A DNA stretch of 46,304 bases from Mesoflavibacter profundi (GTDB lineage Bacteria > Bacteroidota > Bacteroidia > Chitinophagales > Saprospiraceae). Shown in pieces: positions 1 to 9,484 of this stretch (its first letter is position 1; each line of letters starts with the position of its first letter). The notes beneath the pieces are model-generated. The model was given only the letters and a program-made list of their open reading frames with translations. It ran no database searches and was not told the origin of the DNA. Position numbers and translations under genes: made by a program. The stretch spans positions 1 through 46,304 of the forward strand of contig CAXQNQ010000195.1 of NCBI GenBank assembly GCA_964225135.1. The letters run 5' to 3'.

Positions 1-288
1 CAAGGTTATCGATATGAGTTTTTGATGCCTGGATATGATCGAGCAGCAATTGAAGTAAATGTAGAGCAAGATAAGTTGATCGTCCAATCCAAACTCCAAG
101 AGCAAGAGGTAACGAAAGGAAGCTACAGTCAGCGTCAATTTCGAACGAAGGATTTCAAGAAGCAATTCAGTCTACCAGAAGATGTAGATCTAAATGCGGT
201 TAAGGCGCAAATGCAGTCGGGTGTATTGATTGTGGACTTACCTTTCGATACTTCTAAACATATCGTTCGGCAAATAAATGTCAATTAA
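1..288 (+). CDS. Hsp20/alpha-crystallin family small heat-shock protein, 5'-truncated by the window edge
   Basis: The frame is open from nt 1 (QGYRYEFLMPGYD...), so the ORF-track Met at 22 is internal. The C-terminal alpha-crystallin-like sequence is FKKQFSLPEDVDLNAVKAQMQSGVLIVDLPF. Confidence 0.75.
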   Translation, partial: QGYRYEFLMPGYDRAAIEVNVEQDKLIVQSKLQEQEVTKGSYSQRQFRTKDFKKQFSLPEDVDLNAVKAQMQSGVLIVDLPFDTSKHIVRQINVN

Positions 289-392
289 GTCAGAATTTCC
301 GAACAAATAAAAGTCTAAGTACCTAAGGTTTTTACAAGGAAAACCTAACTCATTCATCGGATAGTTAGTTAATAGGGTTTTAGGTGTTTATT

Positions 393-420
393 AAGGGGTG
401 AGACCTTGAGTCTACCCCTT
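393..420. terminator. Bidirectional stem-loop between convergent hsp20 and hisS
   Basis: AAGGGGT(G)AGAC-cttga-GTCTACCCCTT, followed by ATTTTATT. It lies in the 135-nt gap between two convergent stop codons. Confidence 0.55.
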
Positions 421-423
421 ATT

Positions 424-1764
424 TTATTGGACTCTATTGATAAGCGTTTGGATATCTACCAATGCTTGTGCACCTGACTCCATGTCTTTCAAGCTGAATT
501 GTTGATTTTGCAATTCTTCAGAACCAATAATAGCAACATACCGAGCTCCTCTAGCATTCGCATATTTCATTTGTTTCTTCATTTTGGCTGGTTCTGGATA
601 TAATTCTACTCGAATACCTGCTTTTCTCAGGGTTTCTAGTTGCGTAAAGCCATAGTCATGTGCAGCTTGATCCATAGCAACTATGACCAAGTCCAAGGCA
701 CTTTCTAGATTATCCGGAAATAGATCCTTGTCCAGCATGACATCATAAATGCGTTCTGCGCCTAATGATACGCCTACGCCAGACATATTGTTTAAACCAA
801 AAATACTGGTCAAGTCTGCATAGCGGCCACCACCCCCGAGGCTACCCATGTCTATATTTAGACCGACTACTTCAAAAATGGCTCCTGTGTAGTAATTCAA
901 TCCTCTAGCTAAGCAAGGGTCAAAAACTACTTGGTTAGACAGGGAACAAGAAGCTAAGTATTGGTATACTTTTTTAATTTCGGTAATGCCTTCTTGCGCT
1001 AAATCCTGTCCTTGAAGGACTTCCTCAAATTTTGATAAATCTTTATGTTGAATTAAGTCAATGACTTGTTGTGCAGCAGATTCAGGAATACCTTTTTTTA
1101 CCATTTCATCGATAACGCCAGACTCTCCAATTTTGTCTAGTTTATCTATGGCAACGGTCATGTCCTGGAATTGGGCTTCAATTCCAACGAAGGCAGCCAG
1201 TCCAGCAAGGATTTTTCTATTATTGATTCGGATTTCTACTGGAAGATTCAATGCAGAAAAGATCTCATCATAGATCTGACAAAGTTCAGCTTCGTAAATT
1301 AAAGCATCCGATCCAATCACATCCACATCACACTGATAAAATTCTTGATATCGACCTTTTGCCGGGCGGTCAGCTCTCCAAACGGGTTGGATTTGGTATC
1401 GCTTAAACGGAAAAGCCAAGTCATTTTGATGCATGACCACAAAACGCGCAAATGGTACGGTCAAATCATATCTCAAGCCACGCTTTGAAATAGATGGCGT
1501 GAGTTTATTAGAAGCTCTTTCATCTAGAGCAGCTTGGTCAGCTTTAGCTAAATAGTCTCCATTGTTTAAAACCTTGAACAGGAGTTTATCTCCCTCCTCA
1601 CCATACTTTCCTGTAAGCGTAGAGAGATTTTCCATAACCGGAGTCTCAATACTATCAAAGCCATATTTCTCGAATACTTGGCGAATGATTCCGAATATGT
1701 AGTTTCGCTTACGGACCTCCGTGGTTCCAAAATCTCTTGTTCCTTTTGGGATACTTGGCTTCAT
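424..1764 (-). CDS. hisS: Histidine--tRNA ligase
   Basis: 446 aa. N-terminus is MKPSIPKGTRDF. Class II aaRS motifs are present (FRYDLTVPFARF-like, RYQEFYQCDVDVIG, GGGGRYADL), plus a C-terminal anticodon-binding domain. Confidence 0.95.
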   Translation of the reverse strand: MKPSIPKGTRDFGTTEVRKRNYIFGIIRQVFEKYGFDSIETPVMENLSTLTGKYGEEGDKLLFKVLNNGDYLAKADQAALDERASNKLTPSISKRGLRYDLTVPFARFVVMHQNDLAFPFKRYQIQPVWRADRPAKGRYQEFYQCDVDVIGSDALIYEAELCQIYDEIFSALNLPVEIRINNRKILAGLAAFVGIEAQFQDMTVAIDKLDKIGESGVIDEMVKKGIPESAAQQVIDLIQHKDLSKFEEVLQGQDLAQEGITEIKKVYQYLASCSLSNQVVFDPCLARGLNYYTGAIFEVVGLNIDMGSLGGGGRYADLTSIFGLNNMSGVGVSLGAERIYDVMLDKDLFPDNLESALDLVIVAMDQAAHDYGFTQLETLRKAGIRVELYPEPAKMKKQMKYANARGARYVAIIGSEELQNQQFSLKDMESGAQALVDIQTLINRVQ

Positions 1765-1775
1765 AGACTGTAGCT

Positions 1776-2813
1776 TTAGAATGCTGATTTGAATTGTTTA
1801 AGGAATCTCACATCATTTTCAAACAACAGGCGGATATCGCTGATGCGGTATTTAAGCATAGCTTGTCTTTCGATTCCCATACCGAAAGCAAAGCCAGAAT
1901 ATTTAGTCGAATCAATGCCACAATTCTCTAATACTTGCGGATCAACCATGCCACAACCTAAAATTTCCAACCAACCTGTACCTTTGGTGATACGATAATC
2001 AATTTCATCCTTTAGTCCCCAATAAACATCCATCTCAGCGGATGGTTCTGTGAATGGAAAGTAGGATGGTCTTAGTCGAATACGCGTATCTGGTCCATAC
2101 ATTTCTTGAGCAAAATACAGGAGGGTTTGTTTCATATCTGCGAATGAAACCCCTTCCCCAATGTATAATCCTTCCACCTGATGGAATTGACAATGAGACC
2201 TAGCTGAAATGGTCTCATTTCTATAAACACGTCCTGGAGCGATAATTCTTATAGGTGGTTCTTGTCGAGTCATACACCTTGCTTGAACAGAGGATGTATG
2301 CGTACGCAATAAGTTAACCGTACTATCCTTGAGGTAGTATGTATCTTGCATATCCCGAGCTGGGTGATCCTCTGGCGTATTCATCGCAGTGAAATTGTGC
2401 CAATCATCCTCAATCTCTCTTTCCTCTTCAACAGTGAACCCAATACGCTCGAAAATATCGATAATTCGATTCATGGTAATACTGACCGGGTGATGTGATC
2501 CTACAGGCATAGGCTCACCTGGAGCTGAAAGGTCAATACCTTTCATCAGATCTTCTGAATTGGCTTGTTCAAGAGAGGTCTGTAGGGCCTCGAACTTAGC
2601 CTCTGCCGCCTGCTTGGCCTCATTTACTTTCTGTCCAAATTCCTTTTTACGCTCGTTAGGAATATTTCGGATTTCACCAAAAATGGGCTTAATCACGTTC
2701 TTGGAACCTAAGTATTGAATACGAAATGCTTCAATCTCCTCTTTCCCAGTTGGATTAGCTGCTTGGATCTCTTGGATCAGTGCTTCTACCTTGTCAAATA
2801 TTTCTTGTGCCAT
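1776..2813 (-). CDS. pheS: Phenylalanine--tRNA ligase alpha subunit
   Basis: 345 aa with typical PheS sequence (HPARDMQDTYY, RTHTSSVQAR, GRVYRNE, FHQVEGL, FTEPSAE, GMGIERQAML). Its stop is 11 nt upstream of the hisS start. Confidence 0.95.
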   Translation of the reverse strand: MAQEIFDKVEALIQEIQAANPTGKEEIEAFRIQYLGSKNVIKPIFGEIRNIPNERKKEFGQKVNEAKQAAEAKFEALQTSLEQANSEDLMKGIDLSAPGEPMPVGSHHPVSITMNRIIDIFERIGFTVEEEREIEDDWHNFTAMNTPEDHPARDMQDTYYLKDSTVNLLRTHTSSVQARCMTRQEPPIRIIAPGRVYRNETISARSHCQFHQVEGLYIGEGVSFADMKQTLLYFAQEMYGPDTRIRLRPSYFPFTEPSAEMDVYWGLKDEIDYRITKGTGWLEILGCGMVDPQVLENCGIDSTKYSGFAFGMGIERQAMLKYRISDIRLLFENDVRFLKQFKSAF

Positions 2814-2880
2814 TCGGACTGTATATTTTCAATTTGATGCAAAACAGCTTCGCCTATTTCTGAGCCGTTATTGCAAAGTA

Positions 2881-2888
2881 CAAAGTTA
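2881..2888 (-). promoter_or_regulatory. Candidate Bacteroidota -7 box (TAACTTTG) upstream of pheS
   Basis: The minus strand reads TAACTTTG, matching TAnnTTTG, about 68 nt upstream of the pheS ATG. There is no clean TTTG -33 partner. Confidence 0.25.
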
Positions 2889-2983
2889 GTTTTTTCCATA
2901 AATTATAGAAAAAACTAAAGCCATAACCACAAATAATAGCCTGCGGACAGATAATTTTTTTTCTTAGCGGATATAGAAGTAAC

Positions 2984-4312
2984 TTGCTTACAGAATTTAG
3001 TAGCGCATTAAAATCGAAAAATTCCTTGAATCAAGTACTTCCAAATCGGCTATTGTTTTTACTGAATACTATTGAAGGACAAGTGTTGTCTTTGCTTTGT
3101 ATCATGCTATTTTCTGTAGTGTATTCCATGGAGTTCTTGACCTCCCAAGCAATGTTTTTTTTAGCTGGAGTGACCTTGTTTGAGCGTAAAACATCTGGTA
3201 AAGGTTTACAATTACGAAAAGGGAATTGGAATAGATTGAAGGCATTTAAATGGAATTCCGCGCATGCCTTATTGACCATTCCTTTTTTCTTAGCCATCAT
3301 TTCAATGGCTTGGTCCTCGGATTGGTCAGCAGGGTTTAGGTGGATTCAATTAAAATTACCCTTCTTTGTTTTGCCCGTGATTTTTATGATGTTGCCCAAG
3401 TGGAATATTATTTTCCTAAAGCGATTACTTCAATTCACCCTGTTGCTTTTGACGATATCCTGTATTCCAGTTCTAGTTCATTACTTGATGAATATGGAGG
3501 ATATCAATTTGTTGCTTAGTCAAGGTCAACACGTACCTGTTCCTTCGAACCATATTCGATTTAGTATGATGGTTTCCATAGCTCTTTTGAGTGGGATTGT
3601 ATTGATTCGATTAGATGCCAAAACCTGCTCCAAGCTGTGGAAGAATGTATTAATAGGTAGTACTGTCTTTTTGTTTGTCATGCTCCATGTATTGTCCGTA
3701 CGAACTGGTCTTTTACTTTTCTACAGTAGTGCTTTGTTTTTAATACTAGTAGAGATTCTAAAGGGAAAGAGTAAAGTCGTTTATTTGGGATTAGCTGCTC
3801 TTGTTATCGGACTTCCATTTATCGCTTATCAAACATTACCTTCTTTTCAAAGCAAGATGAATTATGTCCTTTGGGACTTAGGGAAATTTAAAGAGGGAAG
3901 AGCTGCTCAATATTCAGATTCTGAACGTATTATTTCTCTACAGGCTGGCTTGCAGTTGTTTAAAGAAGCACCATTAATCGGGGTAGGTGCTGGTGACCTC
4001 AAACCAAACTTGAAAGACATTTATGCAGAACAATTTCCCAATCTAAAAATGAAATTGCCACATGCACAGTTTATAACCGTTGCGGCAACTTATGGACTAA
4101 TGGGTTTATTCCTTTTTCTAGCTATGCTAATCCGCCCAATAATAGAAAATAAGCGATATAGGTACACCGGTTTTTTAGGATTCAATCTGTTTATGTATTT
4201 ATCCATGTGCGTTGAAAGCACTTTAGATACCAACTACGGCATCACGATTTACCTGGTTTTTTTACTAGCCGCTATGCAAGTGCCATTGGGTAAATGGACT
4301 ACAGATAATTAG
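2984..4312 (+). CDS. O-antigen ligase/polymerase-like polytopic membrane protein
   Basis: About 10-12 hydrophobic helices with a large loop near aa 300-350 (SDSERIISLQAGLQLFKEAPLIGVGAGD), typical of the Wzy_C/O-antigen ligase family. The start is uncertain: TTG at 2984, first ATG at 3104. Confidence 0.55.
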   Translation: MLTEFSSALKSKNSLNQVLPNRLLFLLNTIEGQVLSLLCIMLFSVVYSMEFLTSQAMFFLAGVTLFERKTSGKGLQLRKGNWNRLKAFKWNSAHALLTIPFFLAIISMAWSSDWSAGFRWIQLKLPFFVLPVIFMMLPKWNIIFLKRLLQFTLLLLTISCIPVLVHYLMNMEDINLLLSQGQHVPVPSNHIRFSMMVSIALLSGIVLIRLDAKTCSKLWKNVLIGSTVFLFVMLHVLSVRTGLLLFYSSALFLILVEILKGKSKVVYLGLAALVIGLPFIAYQTLPSFQSKMNYVLWDLGKFKEGRAAQYSDSERIISLQAGLQLFKEAPLIGVGAGDLKPNLKDIYAEQFPNLKMKLPHAQFITVAATYGLMGLFLFLAMLIRPIIENKRYRYTGFLGFNLFMYLSMCVESTLDTNYGITIYLVFLLAAMQVPLGKWTTDN

Positions 4313-5018
4313 GACCTTTGTCGGGAAGGTACCTTCTGAATAGAATACCCATGATTAATCCGAATGCAAAGCCCCCTACATGTGCCCACCAAGCTACATT
4401 AGAGGTATCAAATTCCAATGATTCAACCCCTCTTAAATATTGTTGGACGATCCAAATACAAAGGAATAGATAAGCGGGTACTCGAAATGGAAGTACAAAG
4501 AATAGAATTTTAATCTTGGAGGTTGGAAACATGACCAGATAAGCTCCGAGTACTGCTGCTATGGCCCCACTTGCTCCTACCAAAGGGGAAAAGGAGCCAC
4601 ATGCTGCAACTGTTCCATCACATGGGTAGAGTAAAGAGCATGGTGAGCAACAATTCGTCTGAAAAAAATCAACGCCGATCAATACATGTGCTAAAACTGC
4701 AATTAATCCTCCCACTATATAAAAAACAAAAAAACGCACAGAACCAATTGTCGCTTCTATATTGTCTGCAAAGATCCACAAGAATATCATATTACCAATC
4801 AGGTGCATCCACGAACCGTGTAAGAACATACTACTCAAAGCTGTGATACTCCGTTCGCCTACAACTAAATTGGCCGGTATGGCACCGAGTTCACAAACCA
4901 TTTGACCATCAAAACGAGTTTGCCAGATAAACAAAAGTATATTCAGAACTAAAAAGCTGTAACTTAAGATAGGAGGTTTACCACCTCTTACATTTTCATC
5001 ACCTATAGGAATTATCAT
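4299..5018 (-). CDS. Rhomboid family intramembrane serine protease
   Basis: 239 aa polytopic protein. It has the HxxxN motif (WMHLIGNM), the catalytic Ser in GASGAIAAVLGAY and the catalytic His in AHVGGFAFG. Confidence 0.85.
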   Translation of the reverse strand: MIIPIGDENVRGGKPPILSYSFLVLNILLFIWQTRFDGQMVCELGAIPANLVVGERSITALSSMFLHGSWMHLIGNMIFLWIFADNIEATIGSVRFFVFYIVGGLIAVLAHVLIGVDFFQTNCCSPCSLLYPCDGTVAACGSFSPLVGASGAIAAVLGAYLVMFPTSKIKILFFVLPFRVPAYLFLCIWIVQQYLRGVESLEFDTSNVAWWAHVGGFAFGLIMGILFRRYLPDKGPNYL

Positions 5019-5027
5019 AGATTAAGT

Positions 5028-7298
5028 TTATCTGTAAGCATAAGCTCTAAAGAATTGGCATTCAGTAATGATCTTTTCATAGAAAGTGGTCTTACCATAC
5101 AAATCTAACATAAGGTCATAATATTTCGCATACGCTTCAGGTATATATGGAATGTTATTACAACATTCAGGGGCTTGGTAGGCTGATGAATGATAGTAAT
5201 CGATTAATGTACACTTAGCAGCCATGTAACATGCTTTCGCAGCCTGTTCAGGATCTATTGCAGTCTTTCTTGCCATATCGAAATAGTACGCAGCAAGCGA
5301 TAAATCTTTAAATTCTTTATTATTGGGATCAGGTCTTTTTCCTGCCCAATCGGCTACTGATCTATAGTAATCCATCACTTGCCAGGAGTGACCGTAATAA
5401 CTACTATTATATAGACCAACACCAATTTTTAGATAGTATCCTGCATGGTCTTCTTCTGCCTTGGCTTTGAATTGAAGATCCAAAATTTCTTCAATGAATT
5501 CACCGCGGTTAAATAGATCTATCGTGTCCTTTGAGTGGGGGCAGGATAAGCAATCAGTAATGGTAGCTCTAAATGGATCAAAGACTCCAAATTGGTCCCA
5601 ATTGGTTCTTGGAATTTTTTGATAAGCGTCTAGAGCAGCTTCAAAGTTTCCGATCTGCATGTAGTGCACCGCGAGTAAATCAAATATTTCATCATGCATC
5701 ACTTGATCTGCTCCTTGCTCAAGCAGCACTTGTTCTAGATCATTAAGCTGCCCTTTTTCAACCATTGCGGCTAGATCTTTTATGACTTGCTCTGGTTGCT
5801 CTACTTTTAAATCATGGTAAGTATTGTGGCAGAGATAAGCTTTACCAGGGTCGCCATGTTTTTGATAAAGATCATGTAGTTTATCTCCCAAGAATCTAGA
5901 GAAATATACATTACTTCTGTAGGTTTTATTGTTTCGAATAATATCGTAAGCGAGTGCTTCTGTTGCATCATTTATCTCTTGCAATTCATCTATCTGTTGA
6001 GCTAATATAAAGGCATCAACTTGTTCTGCTAATACCTCATCTTTGACTTCAATAGCGAGTTTTTGCAATGCAATACTGGCGGCTCTTTGTTCTCCGGTTA
6101 AGAGTAGTATATATGCTTCCGATGCCTTCCACAGATCGAGTTTTGCTACTTTTTTTTCAGCAATAACTGTTTGCGCGAATACTCGAAGATCATTTGCATA
6201 GGCTTGAATACCTGATCTAGGATTGTTTCGACTGCGGTTAAAGGTATGACCGATTAAATCTTCTTCTAATTCCTCTAACTCTTTGATTAAAAGGATGTCT
6301 AGATACTTACTTTGTGGGTCTAGCGTATATATTTCTCGCATGGCATTTAATGCCTTGGAGCCTTTTTCATATGCACGCATGGCATGCAGTAATGCGCGTT
6401 CCGAATTGGTGCTACAAAAAGCCATACAGGCCTTCCATTCTGATTCGGACTTAATTAAAAAAGACCTCAATGCGCTGTCTTGTAATTCAGGACAGTTGGC
6501 GTATACTTTTGAAAAAAGATAAGAGGCTTCAGGATATTGTTTGATATTTCTCAACGCACCTGCCTTGAGCGAAAGGATCCAATAATAAATTAGACTTTTC
6601 TTACCATCAAATGTAGGCACATCAAGTTTGGGCATTAAGAAATCATAAAGCTCAAGGGCTTGTTTACTATTACGGGTATAGTGGGCTAAACGTATGAGTT
6701 GGTAAGCGTAGCGCAAACGCATATAGTCCGACTTACATTTTTTGAATGCTTTCAACCCTACCTGGATCAATGCTTGCATAGACTCAATGTCTCGTTGCTC
6801 ATTATTCCAGGTATCTAAAGCTTGAACATAAGGCTCGCAGCTTTTAGCAAAAATGAGATATTCTACTGTTCCTTGGCATTTGTTTTGGTGGAGATAAGAA
6901 ACAAAAGCATTTCGTGTCATGTGATAAGGCACGGGCATGTGATCCACTCGAATGTTTTGAAGTAGATCTTCATAGTCCTTCTTTGAAAAATCATATATAG
7001 CAGCTTGTACATCTTCAATGGGTGCATCTTCGCATACACTTATTTGCCACTCCTGGATATTGTTCATGGCCGCATCTTCTAGTCTATCGTAATAAATATA
7101 GTCTGACGCTAAGTGCTCCAATATCATGTCAGAACGAAGTTCTTCTCCTAAAATAGCTCGGTCAATGAAATGAAAAGTATATCCTTCATCTATATATGGG
7201 CCACAAGCCCAATCCACTTGAAAAGGGATAAACAACAATAAGGTAAGTATGCCATAACGATTTAAGCTATGGATGAACAAGTTGCTGTAAGGTTTCAT
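5028..7298 (-). CDS. Hypothetical exported, Cys-rich, all-helical (TPR-like) protein, 756 aa
   Basis: Long uninterrupted ORF with an N-terminal hydrophobic segment (YGILTLLLFIPFQVDWACGPY). Many Cys residues cluster at both ends (CLSCPH, ECCNNIP, ECQFF). I recognise no catalytic motif. Confidence 0.6.
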   Translation of the reverse strand: MKPYSNLFIHSLNRYGILTLLLFIPFQVDWACGPYIDEGYTFHFIDRAILGEELRSDMILEHLASDYIYYDRLEDAAMNNIQEWQISVCEDAPIEDVQAAIYDFSKKDYEDLLQNIRVDHMPVPYHMTRNAFVSYLHQNKCQGTVEYLIFAKSCEPYVQALDTWNNEQRDIESMQALIQVGLKAFKKCKSDYMRLRYAYQLIRLAHYTRNSKQALELYDFLMPKLDVPTFDGKKSLIYYWILSLKAGALRNIKQYPEASYLFSKVYANCPELQDSALRSFLIKSESEWKACMAFCSTNSERALLHAMRAYEKGSKALNAMREIYTLDPQSKYLDILLIKELEELEEDLIGHTFNRSRNNPRSGIQAYANDLRVFAQTVIAEKKVAKLDLWKASEAYILLLTGEQRAASIALQKLAIEVKDEVLAEQVDAFILAQQIDELQEINDATEALAYDIIRNNKTYRSNVYFSRFLGDKLHDLYQKHGDPGKAYLCHNTYHDLKVEQPEQVIKDLAAMVEKGQLNDLEQVLLEQGADQVMHDEIFDLLAVHYMQIGNFEAALDAYQKIPRTNWDQFGVFDPFRATITDCLSCPHSKDTIDLFNRGEFIEEILDLQFKAKAEEDHAGYYLKIGVGLYNSSYYGHSWQVMDYYRSVADWAGKRPDPNNKEFKDLSLAAYYFDMARKTAIDPEQAAKACYMAAKCTLIDYYHSSAYQAPECCNNIPYIPEAYAKYYDLMLDLYGKTTFYEKIITECQFFRAYAYR

Positions 7299-8262
7299 TA
7301 GGAAGTTTTGTTGTCAATTCAGCATTCAGATGGTAAAATAATAAATATTTGCCGGTCTTCAACCTGGTATTTTCGATATACTCTAAAGCCACTTGGAGGT
7401 CTTCGATCAGTACTTCTTCAAATTTGATATAGTCACCACGATATAAATAATGGCCTGCCACGTATTGGTCTGCACCTAAAATAACACTGGATTTATCTTG
7501 AAGAAAGGCTGTAAGGCTATCTTCTGGTTCATGAATGATTTTGAAGAGCTTGCTGTCCCTGTAAACTAAATACCAATCAAAAGCAGGCAGTGCAATATCT
7601 AGCGGGATGGGGTAGCTGATGTGGAGTGGTAAGTAAGTCTTTAGAATATCTAAGGAAAAAATTGAATTGATCTCTTCTATATCTTGAATATCGCCCATAT
7701 TATAACACATCAATGCACCGCGTTCAACAGGAGGAATTCCGGTCTCTGTTGGATATCGAACTTGATGTAGTCTAATCGTGGCGGTGAGTACTATTGAATC
7801 AGGGAGTAGGTTTTTTAATGCAGTTAAGTATTCAAAATATGCTGAACGAGTTCCGGCTGTCCAATCACAATCGATTTGAATCTCGAGGCACTGCTCTAAA
7901 AGGGCTGCTTTCGAAAGTTTGTCTTGAATTTTGAACCAAGTCTTTCGTGCCAACTCCTCTACCTGACTATTGGATTTAAAACATGCATTGGTAATAAAAA
8001 TACAAGCAGTAAAGGTTCTGTTTTGAAGTAATACGGAGTCTAGAGCAGCATCTGCTACTGGTACGATCTCTTCGCCTTGTTTGACTAAATCAAATACTCT
8101 GTAGTGCACATGTTGATTGTCAATTTGATCCAGATATGCTGCAACATCCGATGGCTTATCTGGAATACTTTTCCAATGATAAAAGCTCAATGTTAGGTCC
8201 GATGGTTTATTTGAGCAAGCTGTCCAAAATAAACAGACTAATAGTAAAGCGAGCAACCGCAT
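7267..8262 (-). CDS. Hypothetical lipoprotein, 331 aa
   Basis: Signal peptide plus lipobox (MRLLALLLVCLFWTAC|SNK). The start overlaps the kpsF stop (TAATG) and the stop lies 32 nt inside the next ORF. Confidence 0.6.
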   Translation of the reverse strand: MRLLALLLVCLFWTACSNKPSDLTLSFYHWKSIPDKPSDVAAYLDQIDNQHVHYRVFDLVKQGEEIVPVADAALDSVLLQNRTFTACIFITNACFKSNSQVEELARKTWFKIQDKLSKAALLEQCLEIQIDCDWTAGTRSAYFEYLTALKNLLPDSIVLTATIRLHQVRYPTETGIPPVERGALMCYNMGDIQDIEEINSIFSLDILKTYLPLHISYPIPLDIALPAFDWYLVYRDSKLFKIIHEPEDSLTAFLQDKSSVILGADQYVAGHYLYRGDYIKFEEVLIEDLQVALEYIENTRLKTGKYLLFYHLNAELTTKLPNETLQQLVHP

Positions 8263-9275
8263 TAAATAATGCCTTCTCGGATGAGGTCATGTAAATGGAC
8301 TATACCTTTATAGGCCCCATCTTCCGTAATAATCAATTGCGAAATACTATTGGAACGCATGATATTCAAAGCCTTGACTGCTAGGGTATCCACTGGAGTG
8401 GTTTTGGGTGCAGTACTCATAATATCTCCTGCCGTGAGATTGGAAGTATCTTTATGTCGTTCTAACATTCTTCTTAAATCTCCATCGGTAACGATACCTA
8501 GAATTTGTTCTTTTTCATCAACTACTACCGCACAACCCAGTCGTTTACTGGTGATTTCTAATATTAATGATCGAATATCTGTGTGCGCTTGTACACTCGG
8601 TTTTTCGTTATTGGGAAATAAGTCTGCGACTTTCAGGTAGAGTTGTTTACCTAAAGCACCTCCGGGATGAAATTGAGCAAAATCATTTGGAGTAAATCCT
8701 TTTGCTTTAAGTAAAGCAGTAGCTAGCGCATCTCCCATGACCATCTGCAGGGTAGTAGAGGTAGTGGGCGCTAGATTATTTGGATCTGCTTCTTTTTCCA
8801 TTGGGGTATGTAAAATCCAATTAGCATGCTTACCTAAATATGATTCTTTATTCGCTACTAAAGCAATCAATGGAACTTGAAGTTGTTTGATTAAAGGCAC
8901 TAGTGCTTTGATTTCTGCAGTTTCCCCACTTTTTGATATACATAAAAGGATATCTGATTGCTGAACCATACCTAAGTCTCCATGGATAGCATCTGCTGCA
9001 TGCATGAATAAAGCTGGCGTGCCTGTGGAGTTTAGTGTGGCCACTATTTTTTGACCCACTAGTGCACTTTTTCCGATCCCAGTGATGACTAATCGGCCAG
9101 AGCTACCATAGATTAATTGAACGATTTTTGCAAAATCATCATCAATTGCATCTAAAAGTCGTCTAATAGCCTGATGCTCAATTTTTATAGTTTCTCTTGC
9201 AGTTTCTAGTATTTCTATAGTGCTAATCACCTGTATTTTTTTATTTTTGTACGCTTTCGATAAGAAAAAAATCAA
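8262..9275 (-). CDS. kpsF: Arabinose-5-phosphate isomerase (KpsF/GutQ family; SIS + tandem CBS domains)
   Basis: SIS motif GIGKSALVGQKIVATLNSTGTPALFMHAADAIHGDLGM, and C-terminal CBS pairs (AVVVDEKEQILGIVTDGDLRR, SQLIITEDGAYKGIVHLHDL). The start is non-ATG: TTG at 9275, or GVG-like GTG at 9230, which would give MISTIEILETA. Confidence 0.85.
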   Translation of the reverse strand: MIFFLSKAYKNKKIQVISTIEILETARETIKIEHQAIRRLLDAIDDDFAKIVQLIYGSSGRLVITGIGKSALVGQKIVATLNSTGTPALFMHAADAIHGDLGMVQQSDILLCISKSGETAEIKALVPLIKQLQVPLIALVANKESYLGKHANWILHTPMEKEADPNNLAPTTSTTLQMVMGDALATALLKAKGFTPNDFAQFHPGGALGKQLYLKVADLFPNNEKPSVQAHTDIRSLILEITSKRLGCAVVVDEKEQILGIVTDGDLRRMLERHKDTSNLTAGDIMSTAPKTTPVDTLAVKALNIMRSNSISQLIITEDGAYKGIVHLHDLIREGII

Positions 9276-9484
9276 AAGTCTAAAATTTTTGATTGTAATT
9301 AGTTGATTTTTAGATATTTAAATCTTAATTTCGGTGCGATTTTGAAAAGCACACCAATTTAACTCTCCTTTTTACTTTCGAAAATTATGATTTTTTGATC
9401 AATTAATAGATTTATTTGTTCTATGTCCAAGTTATTTATCTCAAATCCGCTATTTCGGCGACTTGATTGATAAATTATGTTATT

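Noticed and set aside
424-2813. pheS followed 11 nt later by hisS, rather than by pheT, as a possibly unusual aaRS operon.
   Set aside because: As far as I recall, unlinked pheS/pheT is common in Bacteroidota, and simple co-transcription of two housekeeping synthetases needs no special explanation.
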